A stretch of DNA of 63,524 nucleotides, counting the filler, from Dirinaria sp. TL-2023a (lineage: Eukaryota), in NCBI GenBank assembly GCA_051941275.1. It is 7 parts of 7 records of this genome, joined end to end, with 100 filler letters (N's around TTAATTAATTAA, not from the genome) between each part and the next. Parts side by side here need not be neighbours in the genome. Positions count along the whole stretch, not along the records: positions 54,555 to 63,524 come from JAVEBF010001112.1; 6 more parts are not named here. One strand, given 5' to 3'. Made by a program: the position numbers and the translations under genes. Shown here piece after piece: positions 60,038-63,524 of the stretch. The first letter of the stretch is position 1, and every line of letters starts with the position of its first letter. Under the pieces are notes generated by a model. It was not told the DNA's origin and made no database searches. It saw nothing but the letters and a program-made list of their open reading frames with translations.

Positions 60038-62395
60038 ATGCCTTCCCTACGATACTCCTTCGCCGACCTCCTCGATACGCCTACACAGACTTTAGCAAAG
60101 CGAATAAAAATACCTGTAACAGCCACAAGCCCACCGGGACTGGCAGCGGCGGAACAACAGGATCCATGGACGAAGTCCGGCAAATATGCCCTTGGCTGGG
60201 TCTACTTCTCGATCATACTTCTCATCCTTACTTGTGCCATACATTGCTATCACTGGTGGACGGACAAAATCACAAGGGCGGAATATAAGGAGGAGGTTGC
60301 CAAGTCGTCGAAAACGTCGTCACCCGACCCGGATTATGAGTTGTCAAATCTACCCACCAACTGCTCGTCAAGAAAGTTTTTTCCTCGGATCGAGAACGAT
60401 TCGGTGCATTCGGTCGAAGCGGTAACTTCATTCGCATCCTTTGGCCCATTGAACAAGCTCATCGCGCTGGTGCGATGGGGCGTTTATCGACCACTGCCAG
60501 TTCTACAGATTAGGAAAAGGGCAATAGGCTCTCTTCGCATTCGCCGCAGAGAGTTCAGCTTCCCATCATTGGGAACGGTATTTATTGTCACGGCAGCTCT
60601 TGCTTTTGTCGCCTGCTATTGTTTCATACCTAACCCACTGTACTACGCTAGTATCCAGTTTGGCTCTCCGCCTGTGGCTATCCGTGCCGGGATGCTTGCA
60701 GTGGCTATGATGCCATGGATCGTGGCACTCAGCATGAAGGCGAATCTAATAACGATGCTGACGGGGATTGGCCATGAAAGACTCAACGTACTACACAGAT
60801 GGGCAGCTTACGTCTGCCTGTTCCTTAGCTTGGTGCACACTATACCTTTCTACGTCACGCCTATATGGGACCAGGGGGGCCTAGTGATTTTCAAGAGCTA
60901 TTTCAAAGGCCAGACTTACATCTACGGCACTGGTGTAGCCGCGCTTGTACCCTTGCTCGTGCTGTGCATTCATTCTCTACCAATTCTAAGGTCAAAAATG
61001 TACGAGCTCTTTGTCGCTCTGCATGTCCCCATCTCTATCGTTTACCTCGCCATGCTCTTCTGGCATTGCCACAACTACCTTACATCGTGGAATTACCTGG
61101 CTGCGACCGCCGGAATCTGGTTTGTGTCATACTGTATCCGGCTGTTTTATCTGAATTGGGCCAATCCCAGACGGATGTCATGGCTGATCGGAGAGGAGGC
61201 TGCTGTCACTATCCTTCCGGAGAATGCGGTCAAGGTCACCATTCCTACACAGGTCAAATGGAGCCCCGGTCAATACGTCTATCTTCGTATGCCCGGCATC
61301 TCCATCTTCGAGAATCACCCTTTCACCATCGCCTCTCTGTGCAGCGAAGACTTTCCCTCTGACTATGGTGAGCAGTACCGGGATATGACGCTAGTCTTCC
61401 GCCCCTTTGGCGGCTTCACTCGTAAAGTCCTGAACGCTGCCGTCGAAAAAGGGCCTTACAAAACCTACCGCGCATTCATCGATGGACCCTACGGGGGTAT
61501 GCAGCGCGACCTGGCCTCTTTTGAAACTGTGGTGCTCTTTGCTGGTGGCAGTGGCATCACGGCTATTGTATCACAACTCCTAGACCTTATCAAGAAGATG
61601 CGCGATGGAAAAGCAGTGACTAAGCAAGTGCACGTGGTTTGGGCACTGAAACGTCCCGAAACCATGGAATGGTTCAAAGAGGAACTACGCATCTGCCGCG
61701 AGTTCGCCCCACCCGAGACCGTTCACTGCCAGTTCTTCATCACAGCAGCGAAACGCCACGTGGGTCCAGTCAATGGTCTGGGCATCTGTCCTCCTTCGCC
61801 CGCTCGCATAGTCACAGATATGGTTCATGGCAAAATCAACAGCGCATTTCAAGGCGTTGCCGAGAAGCGCAACTCGGCGCTTATTCGTGAGGAAGCCGGC
61901 GGCGATATCGAAAAGGAGATGGAGCTCCGCCGCGAGAACGAGGACAATGTCTCTGCGCTACCCCAACAAACGACTCTCCGCTTCCCGCCTCCTCCCGCAA
62001 AAGCTCATACCCGAAAACCAGGCAAACTCACCATCCCTCCCCTCCACACCAATTTCCAACCGCAGAACGCGGGAAACGAAGCCGGATCGAGCTTCGACGT
62101 CGGCTTCCCTTCCACACCGACCATGCTGCAGAAGAACCTCATGCGCTTCGCCTTTCTACCTTCGGTCGCCACCAAGAAGGAGGGATGGAGGACCGAGTAC
62201 GGGCGCCCGGACATCCCCTTCATGCTGCGCGGCTTCGAGCGAGAATTTGGCAAGCGAACGTGTGTGTTTGTGTGTGGACCCCCGAGTATGAGACGAGATG
62301 TCCAAATGTGTGTGGCGGGCATGCAGAAGGCCGTGATGACGGGGGAGAAGGGCAGGGAAGAAATCTATCTGCATACTGAGAATTACGCGATATGA
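60038..62395 (+). CDS. Ferric/cupric reductase transmembrane protein (FRE/NOX superfamily)
   Basis: Heme ligands LNVLHRW...SLVHTIP and FVALH...FWHC; FAD-binding PGQYVYL...HPFTIAS; NADPH-binding FIDGPYGG, LFAGGSGIT, VFVCGP; terminal LHTENYAI. Intronless. Confidence 0.93.
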   Translation: MPSLRYSFADLLDTPTQTLAKRIKIPVTATSPPGLAAAEQQDPWTKSGKYALGWVYFSIILLILTCAIHCYHWWTDKITRAEYKEEVAKSSKTSSPDPDYELSNLPTNCSSRKFFPRIENDSVHSVEAVTSFASFGPLNKLIALVRWGVYRPLPVLQIRKRAIGSLRIRRREFSFPSLGTVFIVTAALAFVACYCFIPNPLYYASIQFGSPPVAIRAGMLAVAMMPWIVALSMKANLITMLTGIGHERLNVLHRWAAYVCLFLSLVHTIPFYVTPIWDQGGLVIFKSYFKGQTYIYGTGVAALVPLLVLCIHSLPILRSKMYELFVALHVPISIVYLAMLFWHCHNYLTSWNYLAATAGIWFVSYCIRLFYLNWANPRRMSWLIGEEAAVTILPENAVKVTIPTQVKWSPGQYVYLRMPGISIFENHPFTIASLCSEDFPSDYGEQYRDMTLVFRPFGGFTRKVLNAAVEKGPYKTYRAFIDGPYGGMQRDLASFETVVLFAGGSGITAIVSQLLDLIKKMRDGKAVTKQVHVVWALKRPETMEWFKEELRICREFAPPETVHCQFFITAAKRHVGPVNGLGICPPSPARIVTDMVHGKINSAFQGVAEKRNSALIREEAGGDIEKEMELRRENEDNVSALPQQTTLRFPPPPAKAHTRKPGKLTIPPLHTNFQPQNAGNEAGSSFDVGFPSTPTMLQKNLMRFAFLPSVATKKEGWRTEYGRPDIPFMLRGFEREFGKRTCVFVCGPPSMRRDVQMCVAGMQKAVMTGEKGREEIYLHTENYAI

Positions 62396-63236
62396 CACCG
62401 GGGGGGGCTAGCATTTATGGATTTAGCTGTGTGTATATATATATAAATTCCACGGGCTTTGGGACCCAGGGCTAGGGCCAGGTCGGTTTGTTTCTAAGGG
62501 CGGCGGCATATCATTCTCGGTTATAAGCGTGCTGCTCACTTGGTCCACCTTATCTGAAGGGGAATGATGACCGCAGAGAGGCTCTAAGCGTTTAGAATTG
62601 GCATCGTTGTAATTCTTCGAACCGTCATTCAAAACTAATATACCCCATTTCATCTCCTGAATCTCTTTGCGAGCCTCGTCACTCCATTCACCGCTTGTTG
62701 TATCAATGCTTTACCCGAAGGAATTGGAAGGATTACTATACCTTATACAAGTCTAGGGTTTCCATAGGTCTACAAATCAAGAGTATCTTACATCCTTACG
62801 AGAACACGAGAGCTTCGAGTTACAACTCCATTCACTTGTCGCAGTTGTGGGCATGATTTCAAATCAAAACTGCTGGCTCGGGTTTGAAGGGCTTTTCGAA
62901 GTCGCTGATTATTTTTTTGGTGAAGGAGAAATGTTCTGATGGGTTGTGCAATAATCGGAGGAGAGGGAGTTAATGGTATGGCTTCGGGCCGGAAAAATGT
63001 GAGGATTGATAGGGCTTTGATTGGTCGGATCAGCTGAGTCAGGAGCACTAGGGAGCGCTGGGATTGGTTGGGGAGGGCCTTTACGTACAACGCTCTACGA
63101 TGTGTCTTATATCATAGGCTTTATAATGAGGAACACGAAAAAGTGCTAGAGCACTGCTGCGTTGTTGTTTACGATCACGCTTTTTAATTGTACCCTGCTG
63201 CACTTTAGGAGCTCTAGGATTCTGGAGTATTTCTGC

Positions 63237-63524
63237 ATGGATCCACTGAGCATCACGGCCAGCGTCATTACAGTCATACAAGCTACAGAAGCAGTCATAT
63301 CAATATGCTGTAATTATAGAACGGCAATCAAGGGTGCTTCATGGGAAGTGTCCAGGGTGTTGGAGGAAACTAGAAGCCTGAGGAACGTGCTATTGAAACT
63401 TGAAGAGCTCGCCGACAAGGCTGAGACAGGAAGTCAAAAGGAGAAATTCGCGCTACCTACCCTTAAAGAGCTGTGCGAGCCTCATTCAGGTTCCCTTGCA
63501 CAATGTTTCGAGACCTTGACAGCT
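63237..63524 (+). CDS. N-terminus of a HeLo-like (fungal STAND N-terminal domain) protein, probable NLR; truncated
   Basis: Not in the ORF track because there is no stop: MDPLSITASVITVIQATEAVISICCNYRTAIKGASWEVSRVLEETRSLRNVLLKLEEL...GSLAQCFETLTA, the typical MDPLS.AS helical N-terminus. Confidence 0.8.
   Translation, partial: MDPLSITASVITVIQATEAVISICCNYRTAIKGASWEVSRVLEETRSLRNVLLKLEELADKAETGSQKEKFALPTLKELCEPHSGSLAQCFETLTA

Noticed and set aside
62423..63100. Possible decayed HAD-hydrolase gene on the minus strand (DFEKPFKPEPA resembles a KP.P motif)
   Set aside because: One weak motif among stops; insufficient without a translated search.

Overview
Intron-containing DNA from a filamentous ascomycete (Pezizomycotina-type genes; exact taxon not determinable from the sequence). 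It is not one locus. Seven contigs of descending length (9009, 9002, 8997, 8986, 8981, 8979, 8970 bp) are joined by artificial 100-bp spacers (N44-TTAATTAATTAA-N44), so adjacency across spacers means nothing. Most genes are housekeeping or ordinary fungal genes: ESC2/Rad60-like, LSM6, a SAM methyltransferase, MDM31, PNO1, PRE7, a GRF zinc-finger protein, an F-box protein, ECM4-type glutathione transferase, UBA1, a GH125 mannosidase, partial PDX3, two GPI cell-wall proteins, partial prefoldin 6, a RING E3, a HAD_SAK protein, FIG1, a cupin, RQT4, a metalloreductase and the start of a HeLo-like/NLR-type gene. The best leads are: (1) a tandem pair of unrecognised Pol III-type small RNA genes sharing an 81-bp identical core (53.5-54.07 kb); (2) a non-AAA+ protein ending in an isolated Hsp104/ClpB middle-domain motif; (3) an in-frame TAG where a Trp is expected in an Asn/Gly/Trp-rich protein (candidate A-to-I editing or readthrough); (4) an AUG-less in-frame NLS-like extension upstream of UBA1; (5) an atypical tRNA-like gene; (6) a 285-bp MITE with ~90-bp TIRs; (7) a PTH11-like GPCR pseudogene degraded by G>A/C>T changes. 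Family assignments come from recalled motifs, not database searches, and exon boundaries were read by eye.
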